The notes beneath the pieces are model-generated. The model was not told the DNA's origin and did no database searches. It was given only the letters and a program-made list of their open reading frames with translations. Positions 20,888 to 32,660 of a DNA stretch of 64,000 nucleotides are shown here, in pieces. The first letter of the stretch is position 1, and each line of letters starts with the position of its first letter. Source of the stretch: Candidatus Eisenbacteria bacterium RBG_16_71_46 (GTDB lineage Bacteria > Eisenbacteria > RBG-16-71-46); the NCBI GenBank assembly GCA_001780165.1, contig MFFQ01000079.1, positions 2,348 through 66,347 on the forward strand. The letters run 5' to 3'. Position numbers and translations under genes: made by a program.

Positions 20888-21655
20888 CTACTTGCGGTAA
20901 AGCTGCTTGAGCCCGCCGAAGCTCATCGGCAGCGCGGGGGTGGCGCCGAAGGCGGTCACCTCGAAGACGAAATCGTTGAAGTCGTTGTCGGTCTGCGCGT
21001 GTCCCGGCGGGCCGGGGTTGGCGCCGCTGTCGAGGTCTTCGAAGCAGACCAGCCAGGTATTGGGTCCGTCGAACCGCGAGACGTCGAACACCAGCGCCTG
21101 CACGTCTCCGTCGGTCGGAGCGTGGAGCGCCCCGGCGCCGTCGGGCCCGCGGTCGTTGTACAAGCGATTGCTGTAGAACAGCTCGGGCTCGGGGGCATTG
21201 GTCGCGGCGAGCGGCCCGTTCGGATTCATGTAGAAGCCGAACGCGGTCATCGCGCGTGGGAAGACGATGATCGCCGTGGCGCCGGCGCCCTGCGGGCCGT
21301 CGAACACCACGCCGTCATCCACGCCGTCGATCGCCGGCCGCGTGCCGGTCTCGAGATACCAGCCGACGAGGTTGCGGTTCGCGTTCCCCGCCACCTCGCG
21401 GATCAGCAGGGCCGAGAAATGATCGTCCACCCAGAACCATGGATCCAGGTCCCCCGCCCGGGCGCCGATGTAATCGTGCTGCACGTCGATCGCGCCGGCC
21501 CCGTAGAGCCCGTCCACGATCTTCTGCAGGCTCGTCGAGGGGGCGTCCCAGGTGGTTCCGAACGCGACCGGCACCACGGCGGCCGCCGGAGAGGCCGCCG
21601 CCGCGGCGAGCAGGGCGGACGTGGCGGCGGCACGCAGCACGGCAAGGGGCTTCAT
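20888..21655 (-). CDS. secreted DUF4114-like protein with C-terminal tail ...ATPALPMSFGGLKQLYRK
   Basis: The signal peptide is MKPLAVLRAAATSALLAAAAASPAAA. The block DNDFNDFVFEV is the pattern I associate with DUF4114. The tail resembles that of the 1861..2781 protein. Confidence 0.7.
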   Translation of the reverse strand: MKPLAVLRAAATSALLAAAAASPAAAVVPVAFGTTWDAPSTSLQKIVDGLYGAGAIDVQHDYIGARAGDLDPWFWVDDHFSALLIREVAGNANRNLVGWYLETGTRPAIDGVDDGVVFDGPQGAGATAIIVFPRAMTAFGFYMNPNGPLAATNAPEPELFYSNRLYNDRGPDGAGALHAPTDGDVQALVFDVSRFDGPNTWLVCFEDLDSGANPGPPGHAQTDNDFNDFVFEVTAFGATPALPMSFGGLKQLYRK

Positions 21656-21987
21656 CGAGCTGTCTCCGGATGCGGGGATCGGGTTGCGTGGCCAGATGGG
21701 AAACCCGGCCGGCCCGACCGGGGCCGGCCCAGTGTCGCGCCGGACAAGGGGGGACCTCGTGAGGTCGGCGCGTTACGTTCAGGTGCCTAAGACGTTAGCA
21801 GTCCCAGATCACCTGATTCAAGAAGAATCGTCGTGGCCGCGAGCACGTCCCGACGCGGGCGCGGCCGCGGTAGCCGCGAGGGTTCGAATCTCCGGCCGCG
21901 GCAGGCTCCCGCGCATGCAGATTGCACGCCCCGCATGGACCCTCGGGGAATCCGCTCTCCGATGCCCGCGGCGCGGCCGCCAACCTG

Positions 21988-23385
<1,398 letters not shown>

Positions 23386-23392
23386 GGCGGGA

Positions 23393-24685
23393 TCAGACCT
23401 CGAACAGCATGCGCTCGGGGTCCTCGAGCCGCTCCTTGACCCGCACCAGGAAGGTCACCGCCTGCTCGCCGTCCACGATGCGATGGTCGTAGGAGACGGC
23501 CACGTACATCATCGGGCGAATGACGACCTGGTCGTCCACGGCGATCGGGCGCTTCTCGATCTTGTGCATGCCGAGGATGCCGCTCTGCGGCGGGTTCAGG
23601 ATCGGGGTGGAGAGCAGCGAGCCGTAGACGCCGCCGTTCGAGAGCGTGAACGTCCCGCCGCTCAGCTCGTCGAGCGTCAGCGTGCCGGCGTGAGCCTTGG
23701 CCGCGAGGCGCGCGATCTCGCGCTCGATCTCGGCGAACCCGAGACCGTCGGCGTGACGCACGACCGGGACCACCAGTCCGCGCTCGGCGCCCACCGCCAC
23801 GCCCAGGTGCACGTGGCGGCGGTAGACGATGTCGGTGCCCCGGATCTCCGCGTTGAGCTCGGGAATCTCCTCGAGACCCAGCACGCAGGCGCGGGTGAAG
23901 AAGCTCATGAAGCCGAGCCGCACGCCGTGCCGCTGCTCGAAGCTCTCGCGAAAGCGCGCCCGCAGCTCGAGCACCGCACTCATGTCGATCTCGTTGAACG
24001 TGGTCAGGATCGCCGCGGTGTGCTGCGCCCGCACCAGCCGCTCGGCGATGCGCAGGCGGATGCGGCTCATCGGCACGACGCGCTCGTCCTCGTCGGTCGG
24101 CGTGGCCGGCGACGGGGGCCGAGCGGCCGGCGCCGGCGGCGCGGGGGCCTCGGCGGCCTCCGAGGCGGGGCCGGGCGCGACCGCCGCCGCGCCCGAGGTC
24201 GCCTCCGGCCGGCCCGCGCGCTCGAGATGCAGCAGCACGTCCTCCTTGAGCAGGCGGCCGCCCTTCCCGGTGGCCGCGATCCGCGCCGGATCGAGGCCGT
24301 GCTCGTCGACCAGCCGGCGCACCGCGGGCGACAGTACCCGCTCCGCGTCCGCCACCTGCGGCCGGCCGGCCGGCAGCGGTTCGCCGGCTCGTTCCGCCGG
24401 ACCGCCGTTGTCACCGCCGCGCGCCGCGGGCGCCTCCGGCTCCCCCGCCGGGGCGGCCTCCACGCGCGCGATCACGTCGCCGACATGAACCGTCTCGCCG
24501 GGACGGCGGGCGTGGCGGAGGATGCCGGAATCGGCGGCGGCGATCTCCACCGCGGCCTTGTCGGTTTCCAGCGTGGCCACCGGCTCGTCCACGCCGACGC
24601 GCCCGCCGTCGGGCTTGAGCCACTCCACCAGTACCGCCTCCGAGATCGACTCGGCGAGGCGCGGCACCTTGATCTCGATCGCCAT
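23393..24685 (-). CDS. sucB: dihydrolipoyllysine-residue succinyltransferase (E2 of 2-oxoglutarate dehydrogenase)
   Basis: The ATG at 24685 gives [24 protein letters not shown]...[10 protein letters not shown], a lipoyl domain. An Ala/Pro linker, a peripheral subunit-binding domain and the catalytic DHRIVDG follow. The start shares one base with the sucA stop. Confidence 0.95.
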   Translation of the reverse strand: MAIEIKVPRLAESISEAVLVEWLKPDGGRVGVDEPVATLETDKAAVEIAAADSGILRHARRPGETVHVGDVIARVEAAPAGEPEAPAARGGDNGGPAERAGEPLPAGRPQVADAERVLSPAVRRLVDEHGLDPARIAATGKGGRLLKEDVLLHLERAGRPEATSGAAAVAPGPASEAAEAPAPPAPAARPPSPATPTDEDERVVPMSRIRLRIAERLVRAQHTAAILTTFNEIDMSAVLELRARFRESFEQRHGVRLGFMSFFTRACVLGLEEIPELNAEIRGTDIVYRRHVHLGVAVGAERGLVVPVVRHADGLGFAEIEREIARLAAKAHAGTLTLDELSGGTFTLSNGGVYGSLLSTPILNPPQSGILGMHKIEKRPIAVDDQVVIRPMMYVAVSYDHRIVDGEQAVTFLVRVKERLEDPERMLFEV

Positions 24686-27459
24686 CAACTCACCTCCCGC
24701 GCGACGCGCACCGGGGCCGGCGCGATCTTGGCGTCCGGATCGCAGAACGCCCGGTCCAGCACCGTCTTCTCCTGCTCGACATGACGCTGATAATAGCCGG
24801 TGGCGGGGGTCGAGGAGGCCTTGCGCGCCACCAGCCGCAGCGCGGCGCGGGCGGGCAACACCATCTCGAGCCGGTGCCGGGTATTGCGCCACCCTCCCAT
24901 GTTGGCCGGCTCCTCCTGCACCCAGCGCAGATCCCGGACCTCGGGGTAGCGGCTGAAGATCCGTTCCAGCTCCTGGTGCGGGAACGGATAGAGCTGCTCC
25001 ACCCGCACCAGCGCGGTGTCGCGCACCTCGCGCGCCGCGCGGGCCTCGAGCAGCGTGTAATAGAACCTACCCGAGACCAGCAGCACGCGCCGCACCGTGC
25101 GCGGGCTGTCGATGGAATCGTCGTCGATCGCGGTGCGAAACGCCCCGCCCGTGAACGCCTCGCGCGGGGACACCGCCTCGCGGTGCCGCAGCAGGCTCTT
25201 CGGGCTCATGATCACCAGGGGCTTGCGAAAGCGGCGATGGAGCTGGCGGCGCAGCGCGTGGAACAGCTGGGCCGGCGTGGTGAGATTGCACACCTGCATG
25301 TTGCCGTTGGCGCACAGCTCGAGGAAGCGCTCCAGGCGGGCGCTCGAGTGCTCCGGGCCCTGCCCCTCGTAGCCGTGCGGCAGCAGCAACACCAGCCCCG
25401 ACATGCGCTGCCACTTCGCTTCGCCGCTGGCGAGGAACTGGTCGATGATCACCTGGGCCACGTTGGCGAAGTCGCCGAACTGGGCCTCCCAGACCACCAG
25501 CGTCTGCGGATCCGCGGTGCTGTAGCCGTATTCGAAGCCCAGGGCGGCCACCTCGCTGAGCGGCGTGTCGATGATCTCGAAGCGACCCTGCTCCGGCGCC
25601 AGGTGCTCGAGGGGCACGTGGCGCCGCCCGTCCTCGGCGTCGAACAGCACGGCGTGGCGGTGGGAGAACGTTCCGCGCCCGGTGTCCTGGCCGCTGAGCC
25701 GCACGCGGTGACCCTCCAGGAGCAGCGAGCCCAGCGCCAGCGCTTCGCCCATGCCCCAGTCGATGCGGTCCTCGGCCACCATCTTCCGTCGCTCGGCGAG
25801 CAGCGGCGGGATCTTGCGGTGCGCGTGGAAGCCCTTCGGCAGCCGGGTGATGGCCTCGGTGAGCCGCGCCACGGTCTCCTCCGGCACCGCCGTGGAGGCG
25901 CTCCAGTCCTCGCCGGCCCACTCCAGTCCGCGCCACGCGCCGCCCAGCGGCGCCGGGCCGTTGCCCGCCGACGGGTCGCTGCGGGCGAGTTCGTGGGCGG
26001 CGCGCAGGCGCTCGTGGATCGCCGTCTCGATCGCTTCCAGCCGTGGCCGGTCGATGACGCCTTCGGCCATCAACTGCTCCGCGTAACGGCGTGACGCGGG
26101 CGTGTGCGTGGCGATCTTCCCGTACATCACCGGCTGGGTGAAGGTCGGATCGTCCAGCTCGTTGTGGCCGTGCTTGCGATAGCACACCAGGTCCACGAGG
26201 ACGTCGCGCTTGAAGCGCGCGCGGTAGTCCATCGCCGCCCGGATGGCGAACACCGCCGCCTCGGGATCGTCGCCGTTGACGTGGAACACCGGGGTCTCGA
26301 TGACGCGCGCGATGTCGGTGGCATAGCGCAGCGGGCGCCCGTCGGCCGGCGAGGTCGTGAAGCCGATCTGGTTGTTGACGATGATGTGAACGGTGCCGCC
26401 GGTGCGGTAGGCGGGGAGCTGCGATAGCAGCAGCGTCTCGGCCACGATCCCCTCGCCGACGAAAGCCGCGTCACCGTGGATCAGCACCGGCACCCCGCGG
26501 TCGCGCTCGAGGTCGCCCATGTATTCCTGGCGGGCCCGCACCGAGCCCAGGACCACGGGGTTCACGAACTCGAGATGGCTGGGGTTGAAGTTGAGGTCGA
26601 GGTGCACGGTGCGGCCCGACCGGCTCTCGTGGAAGCTCGAGTAGCCGAGGTGATACTTCACGTCGCCGTGCCCCTGAACGTCGGGCGGCGCGAAGCTCGA
26701 TTCGAACTCGCCGAAGACGCGTTCCAGCGGCTTCTTCATCAGGTGGGCGAGCACGTTGATCCGGCCGCGGTGCGGCATGCCCAGCACCAGCTGCTCGACG
26801 CCGTGCTCCGCCGCCGACTCGACCAGGGTTTCCAGCATCGGCTCGAGCGTCGCCGCGCCCTCGAGCGAGAAGCGCTTCTGTCCGACGTACTTGACGTGGA
26901 GGAACTGCTCGAAAGCGTCGGCGGCGAGCAGCGACTCGAGGATCCGGACGCGCTCCGCGGGGTCGAGCGCGGGCCGGCCGCGCTGCCGTTCCATGCGCTG
27001 CTCCAGCCACTCGCGGCGCTCCTTGTCCGGAATGTCCATGTACTCGACGCCGAGCGTGCCGCAGTAGGTGTGGCGCAGAACCTCGATGAGCTGGCGCAGC
27101 GTGCCCTGGAACTCGCCCGCGAACGGGCGCGGGTCCACCTCGCGATCGAGGTCGGCCTCGGACAGGCCGAAGCTCCCGAGGTCGAGGAGCGCGTGCGAGT
27201 CTGGGTTCTCGCCCAGAGGGTCGATGCGGGCGATGAGGTGGCCGAATTCGCGGTAGGCGAGCACCAGGCCGAACACGCCCCCGGCGATCCCCGCCACCGG
27301 CGCTCCCGCCCCGCCCGGCTCTCGTCCACCCAACTCGAAGCCCGCGAAGAAGGCGCGCCACTCGTCGGGAACCGACTGGGGATCCGCGAGATAGCGGGCG
27401 TACACCGACTCGATGTAGGCGGAGTTGGCCCGCTGTGTCACGTCCAGCTTTCTCGCCAT
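24685..27459 (-). CDS. sucA: 2-oxoglutarate dehydrogenase E1 component
   Basis: The ATG at 27459 gives [39 protein letters not shown]1o blocks follow, including [24 protein letters not shown] and [21 protein letters not shown]. The upstream part of the track ORF has no coding character. Confidence 0.95.
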   Translation of the reverse strand: MARKLDVTQRANSAYIESVYARYLADPQSVPDEWRAFFAGFELGGREPGGAGAPVAGIAGGVFGLVLAYREFGHLIARIDPLGENPDSHALLDLGSFGLSEADLDREVDPRPFAGEFQGTLRQLIEVLRHTYCGTLGVEYMDIPDKERREWLEQRMERQRGRPALDPAERVRILESLLAADAFEQFLHVKYVGQKRFSLEGAATLEPMLETLVESAAEHGVEQLVLGMPHRGRINVLAHLMKKPLERVFGEFESSFAPPDVQGHGDVKYHLGYSSFHESRSGRTVHLDLNFNPSHLEFVNPVVLGSVRARQEYMGDLERDRGVPVLIHGDAAFVGEGIVAETLLLSQLPAYRTGGTVHIIVNNQIGFTTSPADGRPLRYATDIARVIETPVFHVNGDDPEAAVFAIRAAMDYRARFKRDVLVDLVCYRKHGHNELDDPTFTQPVMYGKIATHTPASRRYAEQLMAEGVIDRPRLEAIETAIHERLRAAHELARSDPSAGNGPAPLGGAWRGLEWAGEDWSASTAVPEETVARLTEAITRLPKGFHAHRKIPPLLAERRKMVAEDRIDWGMGEALALGSLLLEGHRVRLSGQDTGRGTFSHRHAVLFDAEDGRRHVPLEHLAPEQGRFEIIDTPLSEVAALGFEYGYSTADPQTLVVWEAQFGDFANVAQVIIDQFLASGEAKWQRMSGLVLLLPHGYEGQGPEHSSARLERFLELCANGNMQVCNLTTPAQLFHALRRQLHRRFRKPLVIMSPKSLLRHREAVSPREAFTGGAFRTAIDDDSIDSPRTVRRVLLVSGRFYYTLLEARAAREVRDTALVRVEQLYPFPHQELERIFSRYPEVRDLRWVQEEPANMGGWRNTRHRLEMVLPARAALRLVARKASSTPATGYYQRHVEQEKTVLDRAFCDPDAKIAPAPVRVAREVS

Positions 27460-27744
27460 CAAGTTCCCCGGAAGGGCGCCCGTCTCGCGGGGGGACGCGC
27501 CCGAGGCCCGTGCCCGCGATCGTCTGCGCTGTAGATGCCCCAGTCCGCGGCAGGGTAGCACGAAAGACTCGGGGGCTGCAGGCTCGGCGGCGCGCCACTC
27601 GGATGACCGCGGGCGCCTCCATCCCGAATCATCATCGGCGCTTGCGGCCACGGGCTGGAGCCCCGCGCCGGCCGGCGCGCGGGTCGCGACCGGGGCCCCG
27701 CTCCGGTTGTGCGGCCTCGCGCGGGCGGCTATGTTCCCCGTCCG

Positions 27745-28704
27745 ATGAGCCCGTCCGCTCCCACGTCCGCGCCCCCTTCGACCGAGCCTGCCCTGCTCTG
27801 CCGGGGCCTGACCAAGCGCTACGGCAGCGTGGTCGCCGTGGACGGGCTCGACCTCGAAGTCGGCACCGGCGAGTGCTTCGGGCTGCTGGGTCCCAATGGC
27901 GCCGGCAAGACCACCACGGTCGAGATCCTCGAGGGCCTGCTCGTGCCCGACGCCGGGGAGGTCCGGGTGCTGGGACAGCGCTGGGGCGGGGGAGGCGACC
28001 GCGACCTGCGCCAGCGACTGGGCATCCAGCTCCAGGAGACCCAGTTGCAGGAGAAGCTCTCGGTGGAGGAGACCGTGCGGCTGTTTCGCAGCTTCTACCG
28101 CCGCGGCCCCACGCCGCTCGAGGTGATCCGCTCGGTCTCCCTGGAGGAGAAGCGCCGCAGCTGGGTGGGCAAGCTCTCGGGTGGTCAGAAGCAGCGGCTG
28201 TCGGTCGCCTGCGCGCTGGTCAACGACCCCGACGTGCTGTTCCTCGACGAGCCGACCACCGGCCTCGATCCGCAGTCGCGCCGCCAGCTATGGGAGCTGA
28301 TCGAGGCGTTTCGCCGGCGCGGCGGAACCGTGATGCTCACCACCCACTACATGGAAGAGGCCCAGCGCCTCTGCGACCGCGTCGCGATCGTGGACCACGG
28401 CAAGATCATCGCCCTCGACACGCCGGCGGAGCTGATCGCGTCGCTGGGGGGCGAGCACGTGGTCGAGTTCTCGGTCGCGGACGGCCTCGATCCCGAGCCG
28501 CTCGCGGGCCTGCCGGGGGTGAGCAGTGTCCATCGCGAGCCACGCGGCTACGCGCTGGGCGTGCGCGAGCCCCACGTCGCGATCCCGGCCCTGCTCGCCG
28601 AGCTGGAGCGTCAGAAGGCGACCCTCTCCCAGCTCACCACCCACAACGCCACGCTGGAAGACGTCTTCGTCAGCCTGACCGGACGAACGCTGCGCGATGC
28701 CTGA
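27745..28704 (+). CDS. ABC transporter ATP-binding protein (ABC-2/DrrA-type exporter)
   Basis: The protein has Walker A GPNGAGKTT, the signature LSGGQKQRLSVACA and Walker B VLFLDEPTTGLD. The start is uncertain (ATG 27745 or GTG 27709). Confidence 0.9.
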   Translation: MSPSAPTSAPPSTEPALLCRGLTKRYGSVVAVDGLDLEVGTGECFGLLGPNGAGKTTTVEILEGLLVPDAGEVRVLGQRWGGGGDRDLRQRLGIQLQETQLQEKLSVEETVRLFRSFYRRGPTPLEVIRSVSLEEKRRSWVGKLSGGQKQRLSVACALVNDPDVLFLDEPTTGLDPQSRRQLWELIEAFRRRGGTVMLTTHYMEEAQRLCDRVAIVDHGKIIALDTPAELIASLGGEHVVEFSVADGLDPEPLAGLPGVSSVHREPRGYALGVREPHVAIPALLAELERQKATLSQLTTHNATLEDVFVSLTGRTLRDA

Positions 28705-29752
28705 GCCCGGACTCTTCGAGCGCTCGCCGCTGTGGCAGCTCACCTGGGCGCGCACGCTGGCTTTCCTGCGCGAGCCCGACGCGCTGTTCTGGGTGTTCGC
28801 CTTCCCGGTGCTGATGGCGCTCGCCCTCGGGATCGCCTTCCGCAACCCCGGAGCCCAGAAGTCCCACGTCGGGGTCGAGGCCGGCCCGCGGGCCGCGGCC
28901 ACGATGCGCGCGCTCGAGGCCGCACCCGATCTCGAGATCGCACTGCTGCCGGCGGACGAGGCCGCCGCGGCGCTGCGTCGCGGCCGGATCTCGGTGCTGG
29001 TGCGCACCGCGGACAAGGGCGGGCCGGTGCTGGTCTACGACCCCTCGCGGCCCGAGACGCGACTCGCCCACCTCGCCACGGTGGAGGCGCTCGAGCGCGC
29101 CGCGGGCCGCGTGGATCCGCTGCCGCTGCGCACCGACACCATCGTGCGGCCGGGATCGCGCTACATCGACTTCCTCATCCCCGGGCTCATCGGGCTCAAC
29201 CTGCTCGGCACCGGCATGTGGGGCATCGGCTTCCCGATCGTGATGGCGCGCCAGCTCAAGCTGCTCAAGCGGCTGATCGCCACGCCGATGCGGCGCAGCC
29301 ACTACCTGCTGGCGTTCATGCTGGCGCGCATGCTGTGGCTGGTCCTGGAGGTGGCCACCATCATGATCTTCGCCCGCGTCGCCTTCGGCATCGTGGTGCG
29401 CGGATCGTGGGCGGGGTTCGTCGTGGTCTGCGTGGTCGGGGCGCTCTCGTTCTCGGCGATGGGCCTGCTCGTGGCCTGCCGTGCCCGCACCGTCGAGGCC
29501 GCGATGGGCCTGATGAACGCGGCGATGCTGCCGATGTGGCTCTTGTCCGGCGTGTTCTTCTCCGCCGACCGCTTCCCCGGCGTGATGCAGCCGTTCATCC
29601 GCGCGCTGCCGCTCACCGCGGCCAACGATGCCCTGCGGGCGCTCACCAACGAGGGTGCCGGCTTCGCCGGCGTGATCCCCGCGGTGCTGCTGCTGGTGGC
29701 CTGGGGCGTGGGCTGCTTCGGCGTCGGCCTGCGGCTGTTCCGCTGGGACTGA
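28697..29752 (+). CDS. ABC-2 type transporter permease
   Basis: The ATG overlaps the ATPase stop by 8 nt. The 351 aa protein has one N-terminal TM, a ~130 aa extracytoplasmic loop and five C-terminal TM segments, the usual ABC-2 topology. Confidence 0.85.
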   Translation: MPEPGLFERSPLWQLTWARTLAFLREPDALFWVFAFPVLMALALGIAFRNPGAQKSHVGVEAGPRAAATMRALEAAPDLEIALLPADEAAAALRRGRISVLVRTADKGGPVLVYDPSRPETRLAHLATVEALERAAGRVDPLPLRTDTIVRPGSRYIDFLIPGLIGLNLLGTGMWGIGFPIVMARQLKLLKRLIATPMRRSHYLLAFMLARMLWLVLEVATIMIFARVAFGIVVRGSWAGFVVVCVVGALSFSAMGLLVACRARTVEAAMGLMNAAMLPMWLLSGVFFSADRFPGVMQPFIRALPLTAANDALRALTNEGAGFAGVIPAVLLLVAWGVGCFGVGLRLFRWD

Positions 29753-29835
29753 TCGCGCTCGGGCGGTCGGACCCGGGCGCTGGACGCTCGGCGTTTCACG
29801 CGCGAGCTGACGCGCCTTTGCGGCAGGCCGTGCAA

Positions 29836-29865
29836 GGGCGGCCACCCCGTTCGAGGTGGCCGCCC
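29836..29865. terminator. perfect 11-bp hairpin between convergent genes (bidirectional terminator candidate)
   Basis: GGGCGGCCACC (29836-29846) and GGTGGCCGCCC (29855-29865) are exact reverse complements across an 8 nt loop. The hairpin lies between the stops at 29752 (+) and 29888 (-). Confidence 0.6.
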
Positions 29866-29887
29866 CGCCGCTCCGTCAGCCGCCGCG

Positions 29888-31960
29888 CTACCGGACCATG
29901 ATCACCCGGCGCACCGCGCTCATCCCCGGCCACTCGTAGCGCACGAAGTAGAGTGCCGCCGGCGCCCGGCCGTGCTCGGTCGCTCCGTCCCACACCGCCT
30001 GGTACCGCCCCGGCCGATACACCCCGTGCGCCAGCTGCGCCACGCGCCGCCCCTGCACGTCCAGCACCGTGAGTCGCACGCGCGCCTCGCGCGCCACCGA
30101 GAAGCCGACCTGGACCGCTCCCCTGCTCGGGTTGGGCGCCAGCGTGTGCAGCGCGAACTCGCGCGGGGATTCTCCCGCGATCGCCTCGATCGGGCCGAAG
30201 GTGAGCGTGCCGCCGTCGCGACTGGTCGCCAGCAGGCGGTAGTAATAGGTCGCTCCGGGCTCGACGCCGCGATCGTAGAGAACGATGGTCCCAGCCAGCT
30301 CGCGACGCTCCGCGTTCACCGCGCTCCACGGCCCCTGCAGGGCTTCCGCCCGCTCCAGCGCCGAGCCCGTGAATCGCTCGGGCTCAGCGAACTGCCAGCG
30401 CAGCTCGATGCCCTCGCCGGTCCAGCTCGCCTGGAACATGGAGAGGAGTGTGGGCGTGGGGGGCGCCTCCTCGCTCACGAGAATCTTTTGATCCGCCGCC
30501 GGGGCGGGCCTGAGCACCTGCACGACCCCGGTGGGCCAGATGACGATCAGCGAATCGAGCGTCGCCGTCCCCAGGCCGAACGACGCCACCAGCGCGTCCT
30601 GCGATCCGTAGCCCGAGCCGCCCGACAGCTCGCGGATCTGGGTGATCCCGCCCGCCACTACCTTGACCCGCGCTCCGATCCCCGCCCGGTTCGACGCCGT
30701 CCCCGCGAGCTTCACCTGCAGCCAGTGGTTGCCGTTCGCCACATCGTTGCGAAACAGTTTGTTCGCCTGCCCGTTGTTGGAGAGGTAGAGGTCGAGGTCA
30801 CCGTCGTTGTCGAAGTCCCCCCACGCCACGCCCGAGCCATCGCCGGTGTCGCCCAGCGGGCCGCTGGTGGCATCCACGAACGTGCCGCCGCCGTCGTTGC
30901 GGAACAGCTTGTTCGCCTGCCCGAAGTAGTTGGCGAGGTAGAGGTCGAGGTCGCCGTCGTTGTCGTAGTCCCCCCACGCCACGCCGAAGCCGGCGCCGGT
31001 GTCGCCCAGCGGGCCGCTGGTGGCGTCCACGAACGTGCCGTAGCCCTCGTTGCGGAACAGCTTGTTCGCCTGCCCGTTATTGGCGAGGTAGAGGTCGAGG
31101 TCGCCATCGTTGTCGTAGTCCCCCCACGCCACGCTGACGCCATTGCCGGTGTTGCCCAGCGGGGGGGTGGTGGCGTCCACGAACGTGCCGCCGCCCTGGT
31201 TGCGGAACAGCTTGTTCGCCTGGCCGTAATTGGCGAGGTAGAGATCGAGGTCGCCGTCGTTGTCGTAGTCCCCCCACGCCACACCGATGCCACGGCCGGT
31301 GTCGCCCAGCGGGCCGCTGGTGGCGTCCACGAACGTGCCGACGCCCTCGTTACGGAGCAGCTTGTTCGCCTGCCCGAGCTCGTTGGCGATGTAAAGGTCG
31401 AGGTCACCGTCGTTGTCGTAGTCCCCCCACGCCACGCCGTAGCCACTGCCGGTGTTGCCCAGCGGGCCGCTGGTGGCATCCACGAAGGTGCCGCCGCCGT
31501 CGTTGCGGAGCAGCTTGTTCGCACCATCGTTGGAGACGTAGAGGTCGAGGTCGCCGTCGTTGTCGTAGTCGCCCCACGCCACGCCGAAGCCACCGCCCGC
31601 GTCGCCCAACGGGCCGCTGGTCACGTCCACGAACGTGCCGCCGCCGTCGTTGCGGAACAGCTTGTTCGGCCCGTTGTTGACGAGGTAGAGGTCGAGGTCG
31701 CCGTCGTTGTCGTAGTCCCCCCACGCCACGCCGTAGCCCAAGCCGGTGTCGCCCAGGGGGCCGCTGGTGACGTCCACCCAGTCCGCGGCCTGGGCGGCCG
31801 GGGCGATCGGGAGAGCGAGAACAACGATGGGGATCGAAAGGGCGAGGGCGAATCGGAAGCGGGAGGCCGCGCGCGCTCGTGCCGCGGCGAGCGAGGGAAG
31901 GGCCACGGTAGGATCGGCGATCTCACGCCTGGAGGTTCGCGGAGGATTCAAGCTGAGCAA
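29888..31960 (-). CDS. FG-GAP/VCBS repeat + ASPIC/UnbV protein (CRTAC1-like) with a T9SS-type/FlgD-Ig C-terminal domain
   Basis: About 8 repeats of [47 protein letters not shown] are followed by an UnbV_ASPIC-like block [28 protein letters not shown]...GSGYGSQD. The C-terminus is [32 protein letters not shown]...ALYFVRYEW...VIMVR. The start codon is uncertain. Confidence 0.9.
   Translation of the reverse strand: [690 protein letters not shown]
30780..31740 (-). repeat. seven tandem 147-153 bp coding repeats (FG-GAP units) with high DNA-level identity
   Basis: The string gaggtcgaggtcgccgtcgttgtcgtagtccccccacgccacgc, or a near-identical version, recurs at about 30788, 30941, 31091, 31241, 31394, 31541 and 31688. 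Confidence 0.8.
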
Positions 31961-32246
31961 GGTGGCGCCCCCTTTGGCCGCAGGTCAAGCAGCTTCGCGG
32001 CGGGAGCGGCACACCCGACACGGTTGTCCTTCCACGATGAGATCGGAGGCGCCCATGCGCCACCTTGACGGCGCATTGGAACAGACACCGTGCTAGATGC
32101 TAGCACACGGCGGAAGCGCGTTCGGCAGGATTGCGACACGCAACGAAGGTCCAGGCGGATTCGGAAGAGGGAGGGCTACCCCATGGATGGTCGCTCGTCT
32201 CGAGGCATTCCCGCTTGCCCGCGCGGGGACGCGGGAAGGTGCGCGT

Positions 32247-32275
32247 TTGACTCGTCTAAGATCTTGTGTTACATT
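32247..32275 (+). promoter_or_regulatory. sigma-70-like promoter TTGACT-N17-TACATT with an extended -10 TG
   Basis: TTGACT lies at 32247-32252, the spacer is 17 nt, TG is at 32267-32268 and TACATT is at 32270-32275. It sits in a local AT-rich island within a ~70% GC background and points toward the DUF4332 gene 385 nt downstream. Confidence 0.4.
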
Positions 32276-32660
32276 AGCTTTTGTCGAGTAGCTGGTGGCC
32301 AGTACCCGGAGGCCGCCAGGGGCCCACGGGCCCGAAACTCTCTCCTTCAGCCGCGGTCACCGGCCCGTTCGAGGCTGGTCGCGCGGCATGCTGGCGGGGC
32401 TCACGCCCCCTTCAGCCAGCCGCCCCTTTCCTGGGGCTTCTACGAAAGACATCGCGAATCTTTGCGCGGGGTCCGGTCGCGGCGGCCCGCCACGGACGAA
32501 CCGAACACGCACCGGGACGCTCGCCCGGCCTCACGGCCGGCGATCGACGACATCGCGTTCGTGGCGACCGGCCCGCGGCTCCATGGGCGGCAGCGTCCGC
32601 CCGCACGTCGCGCAACGAGACATTCAGTGCACCTCTTACCTCTTACGAAAGGAATCACCA

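Noticed and set aside
21873-21902. A tRNA-like T-loop motif, GGTTCGAATC, inside a GC-rich hairpin (GCCGCG...CGCGGC), with GAAGAATCGTCGT upstream faintly recalling the 5' end of selC. I considered a tRNA or tRNA-Sec gene, or an integrase att remnant.
   Set aside because: I could not build a cloverleaf. The T-stem pairs only 3 of 5 positions and no D-arm or anticodon arm is at the right spacing. The TCA anticodon context is also not at the right distance. No integrase is nearby. This is worth a tRNAscan/ARAGORN run, but it is not supportable by eye.
30780-31740. A regular ~150 bp periodic repeat, considered as a possible CRISPR array or VNTR.
   Set aside because: The repeats are in-frame FG-GAP protein units inside a continuous 690-aa ORF. 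There is no repeat-spacer architecture.
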